A stretch of 64,000 nucleotides of DNA from Candidatus Aminicenantes bacterium (GTDB lineage Bacteria > Acidobacteriota > Aminicenantia > Aminicenantales > Saccharicenantaceae). The position numbers and the translations under genes were made by a program. The stretch lies in NCBI GenBank assembly GCA_034679465.1, contig JAXDAV010000074.1, positions 19,949 through 83,948 on the forward strand, read 5' to 3'. A model generated the notes under the pieces. It did no database searches and was not told where the DNA came from. It was given only the letters and a program-made list of their open reading frames with translations. Shown in pieces: positions 47,812 to 56,508 of this stretch (its first letter is position 1; every line of letters starts with the position of its first letter).

Positions 47812-48589
47812 AGGGCGGGCGCGCCCCTCGAACGGCGAGGTCCCCATCAGCATCCGGAACCTGAGCGTCTCTTACGGCGACCTCCAGGCCCTCCGGGACG
47901 TCAGCCTGGACATCCCGGCGAACAGGATCACCGTCATCATGGGGCCGTCCGGCTGCGGCAAGTCGACCCTGCTCAAGTCCCTGAACCGCCTCCTCGACAC
48001 GGACGACGGGGCCCGCGTCCGGGGCCAGGTCATCCTCGACGGCGAGGACATCTACGCCCCGCGGACCGAGGTCACCCGGATCCGCAAGAAGATGGGACTC
48101 CTGTCCCAGAAGCCCCAGGTCCTGCCGATGTCGATCTACGAGAACGTCGCCTACGGCCCGCGCATCCACGGCCTCGAGTCGCGCCGGGAGCTCGACCGGC
48201 GGGTCGAGCGCTACCTGCGGGTCGCCGGCCTGTGGGACGAGGTCAAGGACCGTCTGCGCGAGCCGGCCTCGCTCCTCTCGGTCGGGCAGCAGCAGCGCCT
48301 CTGTCTGGCCCGGGGACTGGCCGTCGAGCCCGAGATCATCCTCGGCGACGAGCCGACCTCGGCCCTCGATCCCCAGTCGAGCCAGAACGTCGAGCGGCGC
48401 CTGCTCGATCTCAAGCGCGACTACACGGTCGTCGTCGTCACCCACATCCTCCGCCAGGCCCGCCGGATCGCCGACCACGTCGCCTTCCTGTATCTGGGCG
48501 AGCTGGTCGAGCACGGGCCCGCGGCCGACGTCTTCGCCGCCCCGAAAGACCCGCGGACGCGCGCCTACCTCACCGGCGAGATCAGCTGA
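47798..48589 (+). CDS. pstB: phosphate import ATP-binding protein PstB
   Basis: 263 aa with Walker A GPSGCGKST, the signature LSVGQQQRL, and Walker B IILGDEPTSALD. Confidence 0.95.
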   Translation: MSSSEGRARPSNGEVPISIRNLSVSYGDLQALRDVSLDIPANRITVIMGPSGCGKSTLLKSLNRLLDTDDGARVRGQVILDGEDIYAPRTEVTRIRKKMGLLSQKPQVLPMSIYENVAYGPRIHGLESRRELDRRVERYLRVAGLWDEVKDRLREPASLLSVGQQQRLCLARGLAVEPEIILGDEPTSALDPQSSQNVERRLLDLKRDYTVVVVTHILRQARRIADHVAFLYLGELVEHGPAADVFAAPKDPRTRAYLTGEIS

Positions 48590-48714
48590 CCTGACAGAAT
48601 GATGCCCCGGCGATAGGGGGCCTGGGCCGCATCCGATTTGGCCCGCCCGTTCCTCCGGGGCAGAATGGTTTCCTAATAATATTAAAAATATCAGCCGTGA
48701 TTTTGCTTATTTGC

Positions 48715-48744
48715 TTGACAATCGGGTTTAGACCAGCATAATAT
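48715..48744 (+). promoter_or_regulatory. promoter of the Lrp/AsnC gene; near-leaderless geometry
   Basis: TTGACA (48715-48720) with CATAAT (48737-48742, 16 nt spacer) or TAATAT (48739-48744, 18 nt spacer). The ATG at 48755 is only 10-12 nt after the -10, and there is no SD. Confidence 0.55.
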
Positions 48745-48754
48745 TCCTAACAAC

Positions 48755-49246
48755 ATGAAATATGACGAATATGATAAGGGGATTCTTAAAATTCTGTATG
48801 AAGACGGCAAGATCTCCAACTCCACCCTGGCTCAGAAGATCAAGCTCTCTCCGCCGGCGACCCTCGAACGGGTCCGCAAGCTCCGGACAAACGGCATCAT
48901 CCAGGGACAGAAGGCAATCCTCGACAAGAAGAAGCTCGGCCGGGGCCTGACCTGCTTTCTTGCCCTGCAGATCAAGCACCTCCATTGCCAGGAGGACTAC
49001 CAGCGCATCGAGGAGCACCTCAAGCAGCTCGAGGAGATCGAGGAGATCCATTTCCTCACCGGTCGGATCGACTACCTCATCAAGGTCAACGTCCGGGACA
49101 TCGACGAGTACCGGGAGTTCTTCGTGGCCAGGCTCTCGAAGGTCCCGCTGATCGAGCGGGCCGAGACCTTCGTCGTGGTGTCCTCGGGCGTCAATCCGCG
49201 ATACAACCCGATCAACGTCGACCCGAAGGACCAGGATCCCGAATGA
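48755..49246 (+). CDS. Lrp/AsnC-family transcriptional regulator
   Basis: 163 aa with an N-terminal HTH (ILKILYEDGKISNSTLAQKIKLSPPATLERVRKLRTNGII) and a C-terminal RAM/AsnC effector domain (IHFLTGRIDYLIKVNVRD). Confidence 0.88.
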   Translation: MKYDEYDKGILKILYEDGKISNSTLAQKIKLSPPATLERVRKLRTNGIIQGQKAILDKKKLGRGLTCFLALQIKHLHCQEDYQRIEEHLKQLEEIEEIHFLTGRIDYLIKVNVRDIDEYREFFVARLSKVPLIERAETFVVVSSGVNPRYNPINVDPKDQDPE

Positions 49247-49496
49247 GGGACACGCCCGGGAGGAGCCTTGACAAATCACCTCCGAAGAACATACCCTTGG
49301 GGGCCAGAAAATATGACCCCTTTGTCACCGGTCCGGCGCGGTCCCTGTCCGGGCTCCCCGCTGACCTACCACTTCGCAGAGGAGGACGATGAAGACAGTA
49401 TCCCCACAACAGACCTGCCGGAAGGTGCGGTGAATCCCCGGGGATCCGCCGTGGGCACAGGAACGACAAGAAGATTTCGAGGAGGTTTCAAAGCGA

Positions 49497-52400
49497 ATGA
49501 GTAAAAGGCTGTTCATTCTTCTCATCGGCTGTCTGACGATCGGGGGCCTGGCCTTCGCCCAGCTCACCCCGACCGGGCAGATCAACGGCCGGGTCTCGGA
49601 CCAGCAGGGCAATCCCCTGCCCGGCGTGAGCGTCGAGGCCACGAGCCCCCGGCTCATCGGCCGGTCGGTCGCGGTCACCGACGCCAACGGCGTCTACCGG
49701 CTGATGGCCCTGCCCTCGGGGACCTACGAGATCACCTACACCATCCAGGGCTTCAAGACACTGAGGCGGCAGGGCATCCTGCTCGAGCTGTCCCAGACCC
49801 TGGCCCTCAACGTGACGCTCGAAGAGGCCGCCATCGAGGAGCAGGTCACGGTCATCGGCCAGAGCCCGCTCATCGACGTCAAGAGCACGGTCAAGGGCCA
49901 GGTCATGACCAAGGAGGTCTATCTGGCCCTGCCGCGGGGACGGTCCTTCGATTCGCTCATCAGCACCATCCCCGGCGTCCAGAGCGAATCCGTCACCGGA
50001 GGCATCTCGGTTGACGGCGCCTCCGGCGCCGAGAACATGTTCTACGCCGACGGCGCGGACGTCGGCGACTTCCACTACGGCGACCGCGGCCTGAACGTCG
50101 TCCTCGAGCTCCTCGACGAAGTCAAGGTCACGGCCTCCGGCTACAACGCCGAGTTCGGCGGCTCGATGGGCGGCGTCATCAACATCATCACCCGGTCCGG
50201 CAGCAACGAGTTCCACGGCGACATCATGGGCTTCTACGAGAACAATCGTCCGTACATGCAGGGCCACTCCCGGACCTTCCTGCGGCGCGATCCCTTTGCC
50301 GCGGGCTACGTCTACGAGTACGTCAACTACGACGACGACTATTTCAACGGCGGCGAGGACCGGGACCGCTACAACCGCTATGAGGGCGTCTTCAGCCTCG
50401 GCGGCTACATCATCAAGGACAAGCTGTGGTTCTTCGGCTCCGTCAACCCGACCCTCAGCAAGACGGTGGCCCAGAGGCACTTCGGCATGCCCTCCAACCC
50501 CACGCCCTTCGAGAGCTTCAGGACCAAGAGCACGGGCCTGGGCGGGTCCATCCGTCTCACCGCCGCCCCGACCGCCGGCCTCCGGCTGTCGGCCGGCTTC
50601 ATCAACAACTTCACCAATTATCGGGGCGCCCTGCCGTCCATCATCGGCAACAGCGCCTCGGACTACGAGTGGGACTTGGAAGGGTATGACTACCCGCACA
50701 TGAGCGCGTCGCTGACCGCGGACCTGTCGCTCGGCAACAACGTGCTCCTCAGCTACCGCGGCGGCTGGCACCAGTCGAACCAGACCAACCAGCAGATCGC
50801 CCCGCCCGACTCCTCGACCTACCAGTTCAACACCTCCAATTCCATCTACGCCGGAGATCCCTTCTACGTCTCCAATCCGAGCCTCATCCAGACCCAGGGC
50901 TGGACCAACAGCGCGCTCTACACGGAGACCCTGCGGTACCTGCGCGGCAAGATCGGCAACAACATCGACGGCACGTTCTATTTCAACGCCGGCGGTGAGC
51001 ACGCCATCAAGCTCGGCGTGGGCTACAATTACATCTATGAGGACCGCTACACCGGCGCGCCCCATCCCCGGGTTTACCTGTATTGGGGCCAGACGACCAA
51101 CGATCTCGACTTCAACATCGGCCCCGCGGCCGACCCGGAGACCAATCCCGACGACATCTACGGCCAGTACGGCTACTACATCGTCCGCAGCTCGTTCACC
51201 TCGCCCTACGGCAGCGTCTGGAAGATCAACAGCAACAACCTGTCCGTTTACGCTCAGGATTCCTGGACGATCGGCGGCCGGCTGACGCTGAACTACGGCC
51301 TCCGGGCCGAGAGCCAGTACATGCCGACCTTCACGGACAACCGGGAATACCCGGGCTGGACCGAAAGCCCGGTCAGCTTCGGGCTGGGCGACACGCTGGC
51401 CCCCCGGCTCGGCGCGGTCTACGACGTCTTCGGCGACTCCAGCCTGAAGGTCTTCGGCAGCTTCGGGATCTACTACGACGTCATGAAGCTGTACATGGGT
51501 CAGCTGACCTTCGGCGGCTCCAAGCGGGTCGAGGACTACTACGCCCTGAACAACCCGGATTGGACGGCCATCGCGGCCACCGGCGTCCTCGAGGACGCCA
51601 ACGACCAGGCCGCGGGCGGCTCCAACACCTATGCCGGCTCCATGGACTACCTGCCGCCGTCCCTGAACCGCGTCGATCCCGACATGAAGCCGACCTCCCA
51701 GAGCGAGATCTCCTTCGGCGCCGAGAAGAAGCTCTTCGAAGACCTGTCCCTGTCCGTGCGCCTGGTCAATAAGCACCTCATCCGGACGATCGAGGACGTC
51801 GGCGTCTACGTCCGGGAAGGCGACACCGTCTATCAGGACTTCTGGGTCACCAACCCCGGCTTCGGCGTCTCCCGCTGGACCACCAACGGCGGCCAGTTCG
51901 ATCCCATGTATTGGGAGTGCCCCCGGGCGACCCGCGACTACCTCGGCCTGAACATCTCCTTAGAGAAGAGATTCAGCCACAACTGGCAGGGCGGGTTCAA
52001 TTACACCCTGAGCAAGGCCTACGGCAACTACTCCGGCCTGGCCTCGTCCGACGAGGGCGGCCGCCTCGGCCCCAGCGTCGAGCAGGACTTCGACCGCTGG
52101 TTCATGGGCTATGACGGCCAGGGCAACATGCTCGACGGCGTCCTGCCGCACGACCGCACCCACTACTTCAAGGCCTACGGCTCCTATTCCTTCCCCTTCG
52201 GGCTGACGGTCGGCGCGGTCGCCTACGGCCGCAGCGGCCTGCCCCAGTCCACCAAAGTCCTCTACAACTCCAAGTACTTCTACGTCAACGGACGCGGGGA
52301 CATGGGCCGTTTGCCCTTCACCGTCTGGGCCGACATGTTCATGGAGTACGGCCTCAAGCTCGGCGGACGCGCCCGGGCCGCGATCAACCTCCAGGTCAAC

Positions 52401-52619
52401 AACATCACCAACACCGACACCATCCAAAGCATGATCACGACGCCCAACCGCAGCAGCTTCACCGGCTACCACAACCAGATCCTGGACGGCTCGTTCGCCA
52501 CGAACTACATGTCGATCATCGCCACCCAGAGCGGGGGCATCGCCCACGCCGCCTACGGCGACTGGGAGACCCGCTTCGGCCCCTGGTCGGCCCGCCTCGG
52601 CCTCAAGCTCTCCTTCTAG
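49497..52619 (+). CDS. TonB-dependent outer-membrane receptor with an N-terminal carboxypeptidase-regulatory-like domain
   Basis: 1040 aa with a signal peptide. GRVSDQQGNPLPGVSVEATS...TDANGVYRLMALPSGTYEITYTIQGF (CarboxypepD_reg), a plug-like region, and a long barrel ending RLGLKLSF. Confidence 0.8.
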   Translation: MSKRLFILLIGCLTIGGLAFAQLTPTGQINGRVSDQQGNPLPGVSVEATSPRLIGRSVAVTDANGVYRLMALPSGTYEITYTIQGFKTLRRQGILLELSQTLALNVTLEEAAIEEQVTVIGQSPLIDVKSTVKGQVMTKEVYLALPRGRSFDSLISTIPGVQSESVTGGISVDGASGAENMFYADGADVGDFHYGDRGLNVVLELLDEVKVTASGYNAEFGGSMGGVINIITRSGSNEFHGDIMGFYENNRPYMQGHSRTFLRRDPFAAGYVYEYVNYDDDYFNGGEDRDRYNRYEGVFSLGGYIIKDKLWFFGSVNPTLSKTVAQRHFGMPSNPTPFESFRTKSTGLGGSIRLTAAPTAGLRLSAGFINNFTNYRGALPSIIGNSASDYEWDLEGYDYPHMSASLTADLSLGNNVLLSYRGGWHQSNQTNQQIAPPDSSTYQFNTSNSIYAGDPFYVSNPSLIQTQGWTNSALYTETLRYLRGKIGNNIDGTFYFNAGGEHAIKLGVGYNYIYEDRYTGAPHPRVYLYWGQTTNDLDFNIGPAADPETNPDDIYGQYGYYIVRSSFTSPYGSVWKINSNNLSVYAQDSWTIGGRLTLNYGLRAESQYMPTFTDNREYPGWTESPVSFGLGDTLAPRLGAVYDVFGDSSLKVFGSFGIYYDVMKLYMGQLTFGGSKRVEDYYALNNPDWTAIAATGVLEDANDQAAGGSNTYAGSMDYLPPSLNRVDPDMKPTSQSEISFGAEKKLFEDLSLSVRLVNKHLIRTIEDVGVYVREGDTVYQDFWVTNPGFGVSRWTTNGGQFDPMYWECPRATRDYLGLNISLEKRFSHNWQGGFNYTLSKAYGNYSGLASSDEGGRLGPSVEQDFDRWFMGYDGQGNMLDGVLPHDRTHYFKAYGSYSFPFGLTVGAVAYGRSGLPQSTKVLYNSKYFYVNGRGDMGRLPFTVWADMFMEYGLKLGGRARAAINLQVNNITNTDTIQSMITTPNRSSFTGYHNQILDGSFATNYMSIIATQSGGIAHAAYGDWETRFGPWSARLGLKLSF

Positions 52620-52645
52620 AGACCGGACCGGACATTCGAACGTCA

Positions 52646-52683
52646 GGGCCCGCCCCCCGCGGGGGGCGGGCCCTTCTTATTTC
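52646..52683 (+). terminator. rho-independent terminator after the TonB-dependent receptor
   Basis: GGGCCCGCCCCCC (52646-52658) pairs with GGGGGGCGGGCCC (52661-52673), followed by the T-rich CTTCTTATTT. Confidence 0.75.
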
Positions 52684-52699
52684 TCCCCTTTCCGGGCCC

Positions 52700-52727
52700 T
52701 TGACTATTTCCCGAAATCCCTTAATCT
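52700..52727 (+). promoter_or_regulatory. candidate promoter of the sulfatase-like gene; leaderless geometry
   Basis: TTGACT (52700-52705), a 16 nt spacer, then TAATCT (52722-52727). ATG 52737 lies 9 nt after the -10, with no SD. Confidence 0.45.
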
Positions 52728-52736
52728 GAACTCTCC

Positions 52737-54884
52737 ATGGCCAAGACGAACGAGGCCCGGCATTTCCCTGGGGGAGCGACCCTTGCGCTGGGCCTTTTCG
52801 CCGCGGTCCTGGCCGGCTGTCGGGGCGGCGGGCCGTTCCGGGCCGGGACCGCGTCGGGGCACAGCGTCCTCCTGATCACGCTCGACACGACGCGGGCCGA
52901 CCGTCTCGGCTGTTACGGCTATGGGCCGGCCGCGACCCCCCACCTCGACCGCCTGGCCCGCGAGGGCGTCCGCTTCGAGCGGGTCTATTGCCCGGCCCCG
53001 CTGACCCTGCCTTCGCACAGCTCCATCCTGACGGGCCTTCATCCGGCGACGCACGGCGTCCGCAACAACGGCCACGACCTCTCGCCGAAATGGAGGACGC
53101 TGGCCGAGATCCTGAAGGCCGGGGGATTCGCCACGGCGGCCTTCGTCTCGGCCTTCTCGGTCGATTCCCGGTTCGGCCTCGACCGGGGCTTCGACGTCTA
53201 CGACGACGCGTTCCAGCCCCCGGCGCCCCTGACGGGGGCGCACGCCGAGCGGCGGGCCGAGGAGACGTTCGCCCGATTCGCCCGCTGGCTCGACGGCCAC
53301 GGCGGGAATCGGTTCTTCGCCTGGGTCCATTACTACGACCCCCACCTGCCCTACGACCCGCCTTCGCCGTATCGTGAAGCCGCGCCCGGGCGCCCCTACG
53401 ACGGCGAGATCGCCTATATGGACCATTATGTCGGCCGGATCGTGGACGCGCTCGCGGCCAAGGGCCTCCTCGACCGGACCCTCATCGTCGTCGCCGGCGA
53501 CCACGGCGAGGGGCTGGGGGACAAGGTCGAGACCGGCCACGGCATCTTCCTCTACGAAGAGACGCTCCGCGTGCCTCTCATCATCCGCAGTCCCGGGTCC
53601 TTCCCCCGGCCGCTCGTCGTCGAGGGGCCGGTGCGGCTGGTGGACGTGGCCCCGACCATCCTGGAGACGCTCGGCCTCGCGGCGGAGGCCGGGGGCATGG
53701 AAGGCCGGAGCCTCGTCCCCTGGGTCAGGGACCCGGCCCGGCCCGGGCTCGACAGCCTGGTCGAGACCTTCTATCCCCGTGAGAACTTCGGCTGGTCGGA
53801 GCTCGTCGGGATCGTCTCCGGCCCCTGGAAATACATCCAGGCGCCCAGGCCCGAGCTCTACGACCTCGCGACCGACCCGGGGGAGAGGACGGACCTGGCG
53901 GCCTCGTCGCCGACCCAGGCGGACGAGCTCCGGAAGAGGCTCGAGGCCGAGCTCCTGAGGCTGGCCGCTCCGGCCGGCGCGTCCGGCGGGCAGGCCGTCC
54001 GGGCCGACGACCGGGAAAGACTCCGGTCCCTGGGCTACGTCAGCTTCGCTCCGGCCCGGCCGGGCGCGGCCGCCCCGGACCCGAAGGACCGGATCGGCCT
54101 GCTCAAGCTCGTCCAGCAGGCCCAGGCGTTCGAGCTCGAGGAGAAGTTCGCCGAAGCCGAGCGGGTCTATCTCCAGATCGTGGCGGAGATCCCGGATTCG
54201 CCGGAGAGCTACGTCAATCTGGCCATCGCCCAGGCGAGACAGAACAGGTTCGACCGGGCCGTGGAGACCCTCGGCCGGGGCCTGGCCCGGATGCCGGACT
54301 CCGAGACCCTGCTTGTCCGTCTCGGCCACACCTACCTCGTCAGCGGCAAGCCGGGCGAGGCCTTGGAGACGATGGTGAAGGTCCTCGGCTACAACCCCCG
54401 GAGCGTCGACGCCCTGACGGTCGCCGCGGGCATCCTCGACGCCTCGGGCCGGAAGGCCGAGGCCCGGGCGCTCTTCGAACGGGCCCTCGAGATCGAACCG
54501 GAAGGCCTCCACCTGCGGACGAGCTACGCGGCCAACCTGGCCTCTTCCGGCGCCCTCAAGGAAGCGATCGCCGTCTATCGGACGCTGATCGAAGATTTCC
54601 CCGAGGAACAGGCCTACTATCAATTCGCCGGCATCGCCCACTCGTTCCTCGGCGAATTCGATCAGGCGGTCGAGCTCCTGCGCCAGGCCCTGGCCATCCG
54701 GCCGACGCCGGTCGGCTTCTTCAATCTGGCCGTGGCCTACGAAAAGAGGGGCGACCTCAAGGAAGCGGCCGAGGCCCTGCGGATGTATCTCCGCAACTCT
54801 CGGGGTGAGAGCGAGGACAATATCCGCAAGGCCCGGGCCGAGCTCGAGACCCTGGAAAAGAAGATCGGCCGGGGCCCGTCCTGA
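52737..54884 (+). CDS. sulfatase-like (alkaline-phosphatase superfamily) lipoprotein with C-terminal TPR repeats
   Basis: 715 aa with the lipobox LAGC and an N-terminal metal site LITLDTTRADRLG. The nucleophile region APLTLPSHSSILTG has Thr in place of the Cys/Ser-x-P-x-R formylglycine motif. TPR repeats run from about residue 450 to the end. Confidence 0.75.
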   Translation: MAKTNEARHFPGGATLALGLFAAVLAGCRGGGPFRAGTASGHSVLLITLDTTRADRLGCYGYGPAATPHLDRLAREGVRFERVYCPAPLTLPSHSSILTGLHPATHGVRNNGHDLSPKWRTLAEILKAGGFATAAFVSAFSVDSRFGLDRGFDVYDDAFQPPAPLTGAHAERRAEETFARFARWLDGHGGNRFFAWVHYYDPHLPYDPPSPYREAAPGRPYDGEIAYMDHYVGRIVDALAAKGLLDRTLIVVAGDHGEGLGDKVETGHGIFLYEETLRVPLIIRSPGSFPRPLVVEGPVRLVDVAPTILETLGLAAEAGGMEGRSLVPWVRDPARPGLDSLVETFYPRENFGWSELVGIVSGPWKYIQAPRPELYDLATDPGERTDLAASSPTQADELRKRLEAELLRLAAPAGASGGQAVRADDRERLRSLGYVSFAPARPGAAAPDPKDRIGLLKLVQQAQAFELEEKFAEAERVYLQIVAEIPDSPESYVNLAIAQARQNRFDRAVETLGRGLARMPDSETLLVRLGHTYLVSGKPGEALETMVKVLGYNPRSVDALTVAAGILDASGRKAEARALFERALEIEPEGLHLRTSYAANLASSGALKEAIAVYRTLIEDFPEEQAYYQFAGIAHSFLGEFDQAVELLRQALAIRPTPVGFFNLAVAYEKRGDLKEAAEALRMYLRNSRGESEDNIRKARAELETLEKKIGRGPS

Positions 54885-54890
54885 CGGACG

Positions 54891-55424
54891 TCAGGACGCG
54901 CCGATCCGTTTCAAGCCCGCGCGCAGGGCCTCCCCCAGGGCGATGATGTCGGCGTAGTCCGCCGCTCCGCCGTCGCCGCGCCCGCGACGCAACAGGCTGA
55001 AACGCAAGCGGTTGCGCGTGTGCCGGTAGCCGAACTCGATCCCCGGATGGCCGAAGAAGAGGGTCATCATCGTCTCGGTCATCTTGGTCAGGGGCGGCCG
55101 GTCGACGTGGGAGAGCCCGAACCGGGCCGTGACCCGCGTCCCCGCTCCCGGATCGGAGGAGAGGGTCAGCCGGCCGCCGCAGAGGCCGGCGGTCTGGGCC
55201 AGGAGCGGGAGCCCGAGGCCCGTCCGCTTCCGCCCGGTCGTGTAGAACGGATCGAGGGCCCGCGCCCGCTCCTCCGCGGCCATGCCCCGGCCGTTGTCGG
55301 TCACCCGGATCGTCAGCGCGTCCCGGAGATCGCTCTCGTTGACGGCGATGAGCACGCGGGTCGCGCCGGCGGCCGCGGCGTTCTCGGCGAGATCGAGGAT
55401 GTGGAGCGAGAGGTCCTCGATCAT
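54891..55424 (-). CDS. GHKL/HATPase_c ATP-binding protein without a DHp/phospho-His domain
   Basis: 177 aa with an N box HILDLAENAAAAGA, G1 DNGRGM and G2 GLGLPL, starting directly at the ATPase fold. ATGA overlap with the upstream PHP gene. Confidence 0.75.
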   Translation of the reverse strand: MIEDLSLHILDLAENAAAAGATRVLIAVNESDLRDALTIRVTDNGRGMAAEERARALDPFYTTGRKRTGLGLPLLAQTAGLCGGRLTLSSDPGAGTRVTARFGLSHVDRPPLTKMTETMMTLFFGHPGIEFGYRHTRNRLRFSLLRRGRGDGGAADYADIIALGEALRAGLKRIGAS

Positions 55425-56167
55425 GGCCCGACGATCCTCCGGCCCTCCCGGCCCGCCAGGGCCAGGCGGATCTCCCCGAGGCCCGTTCCTTCGACCAGGA
55501 AGTCTGTCGCGGCCGCGCCGATCTCCTCCGGCGTGTGGGCGTCCGAAAAGCGGACGATCGGCAGGGGGGCCAGCGATCCGAAAGCGGCCCGGGCCTGCTC
55601 CGCCGTCAGCCGGGGGGAGACCTCGATGGCCTCCAGCGCCAGCCCCGGGGGGATGAAACCGAGCTGAGAGACGATGCTGAACGAGTCCCGGTCGACGTGG
55701 CCGGCGATGGCCAGGCCGCCGTGGCCGCGGATGAGATCGACCGCCTCCCGGACCGGGAAGAGGGTCGCCCCGAGGAGACAGCGCGGGCAGAAGCCGGTCA
55801 CGTCATCGGCGGCGTCGACGAGGACCTGGTCGGCGACGAACTTCATCTTCGCGGCGAGGTCGGGGAGGTTCCGATAGACCTCCTCCTGGAACGGGCCGAG
55901 GTCGACCCCGGCGTCGAAGAGGCCGAGGATGTGGACCTCTTCGGCCGTCGTCATCTCGATGCCCGGGAGGACGGCCAGGCCCGTCCCGGCCGCGGCCTCG
56001 ATCACGGCGCCGGCGTTCTCCGTCGTGTTGTGGTCGGTGACGGCGATGAGGTCGAGCCCGGCCGCGCGGGCCCGGTCGACGACCGCGCGGGGCGACATCG
56101 TCAGCTCGCCGCAGGGCGAGAGGCAGGTATGGATGTGGAGGTCGGCCCGGACCCGCCGGAGGGCCAT
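55421..56167 (-). CDS. PHP-domain (polymerase/histidinol-phosphatase type) metal-dependent phosphoesterase
   Basis: 248 aa, with ADLHIHTCLSPCG, IAVTDHNT, the GIEMTT motifs and C-terminal SDAH. Confidence 0.8.
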   Translation of the reverse strand: MALRRVRADLHIHTCLSPCGELTMSPRAVVDRARAAGLDLIAVTDHNTTENAGAVIEAAAGTGLAVLPGIEMTTAEEVHILGLFDAGVDLGPFQEEVYRNLPDLAAKMKFVADQVLVDAADDVTGFCPRCLLGATLFPVREAVDLIRGHGGLAIAGHVDRDSFSIVSQLGFIPPGLALEAIEVSPRLTAEQARAAFGSLAPLPIVRFSDAHTPEEIGAAATDFLVEGTGLGEIRLALAGREGRRIVGP

Positions 56168-56508
56168 CAGCTCCCCTTGACGCCCAGCGCATGGAGACGG
56201 CCGGCCAGCTCGAAGGCGCCCAGGCGGGCCCCCAGCAGCGGGATCTTTTCCCGTTCGGCCTGGGCCAAGGTTTCCGCCGTGGGCGCCCGGCCGCCGACGA
56301 GGACGACGCCGGCCAGCTCCTTGAGGACGGCCACGGCGACGATGTTCGGATGGACCTGCATGGTCACCCAGACGTCGTCCTTGCGGGCGTGCCCGATGAC
56401 GTCGGAGAGGAGGTCGCTCGCGTAGCCGCCTCCGACGGGCCGGTCGAGCTGGACGCCGGGGGTGAAGACCGTGAGATCGAGACGCGTTGCCAGATCGCTG
56501 AGGGTCAT
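56167..56508 (-). CDS. DRTGG-domain protein (113 aa)
   Basis: This is the C-terminal part of track ORF 56167..57759, starting at ATG 56508 (MTLSDLATRLDL...GGGYASDLLSDVIGHARKDDVWVTMQVHPNIVAVAVLKELAGVVLV). It matches the small DRTGG proteins found in hydrogenase-regulatory clusters. ATGA overlap with the upstream gene. Confidence 0.7.
   Translation of the reverse strand: MTLSDLATRLDLTVFTPGVQLDRPVGGGYASDLLSDVIGHARKDDVWVTMQVHPNIVAVAVLKELAGVVLVGGRAPTAETLAQAEREKIPLLGARLGAFELAGRLHALGVKGS

Noticed and set aside
49247-49496. Cobalamin riboswitch in the leader of the TonB-dependent receptor. The fragments AGACCTGCCGG and GGAAGGTGCGGTGAATCCCC resemble the B12-box tail and the GGTG..AA.CC core.
   Set aside because: The order of the two elements is inverted relative to the riboswitch consensus. 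No GCCACTG element or full B12 box is present, and too little sequence remains downstream to build the required helices. A covariance-model scan (Rfam RF00174) would settle it.
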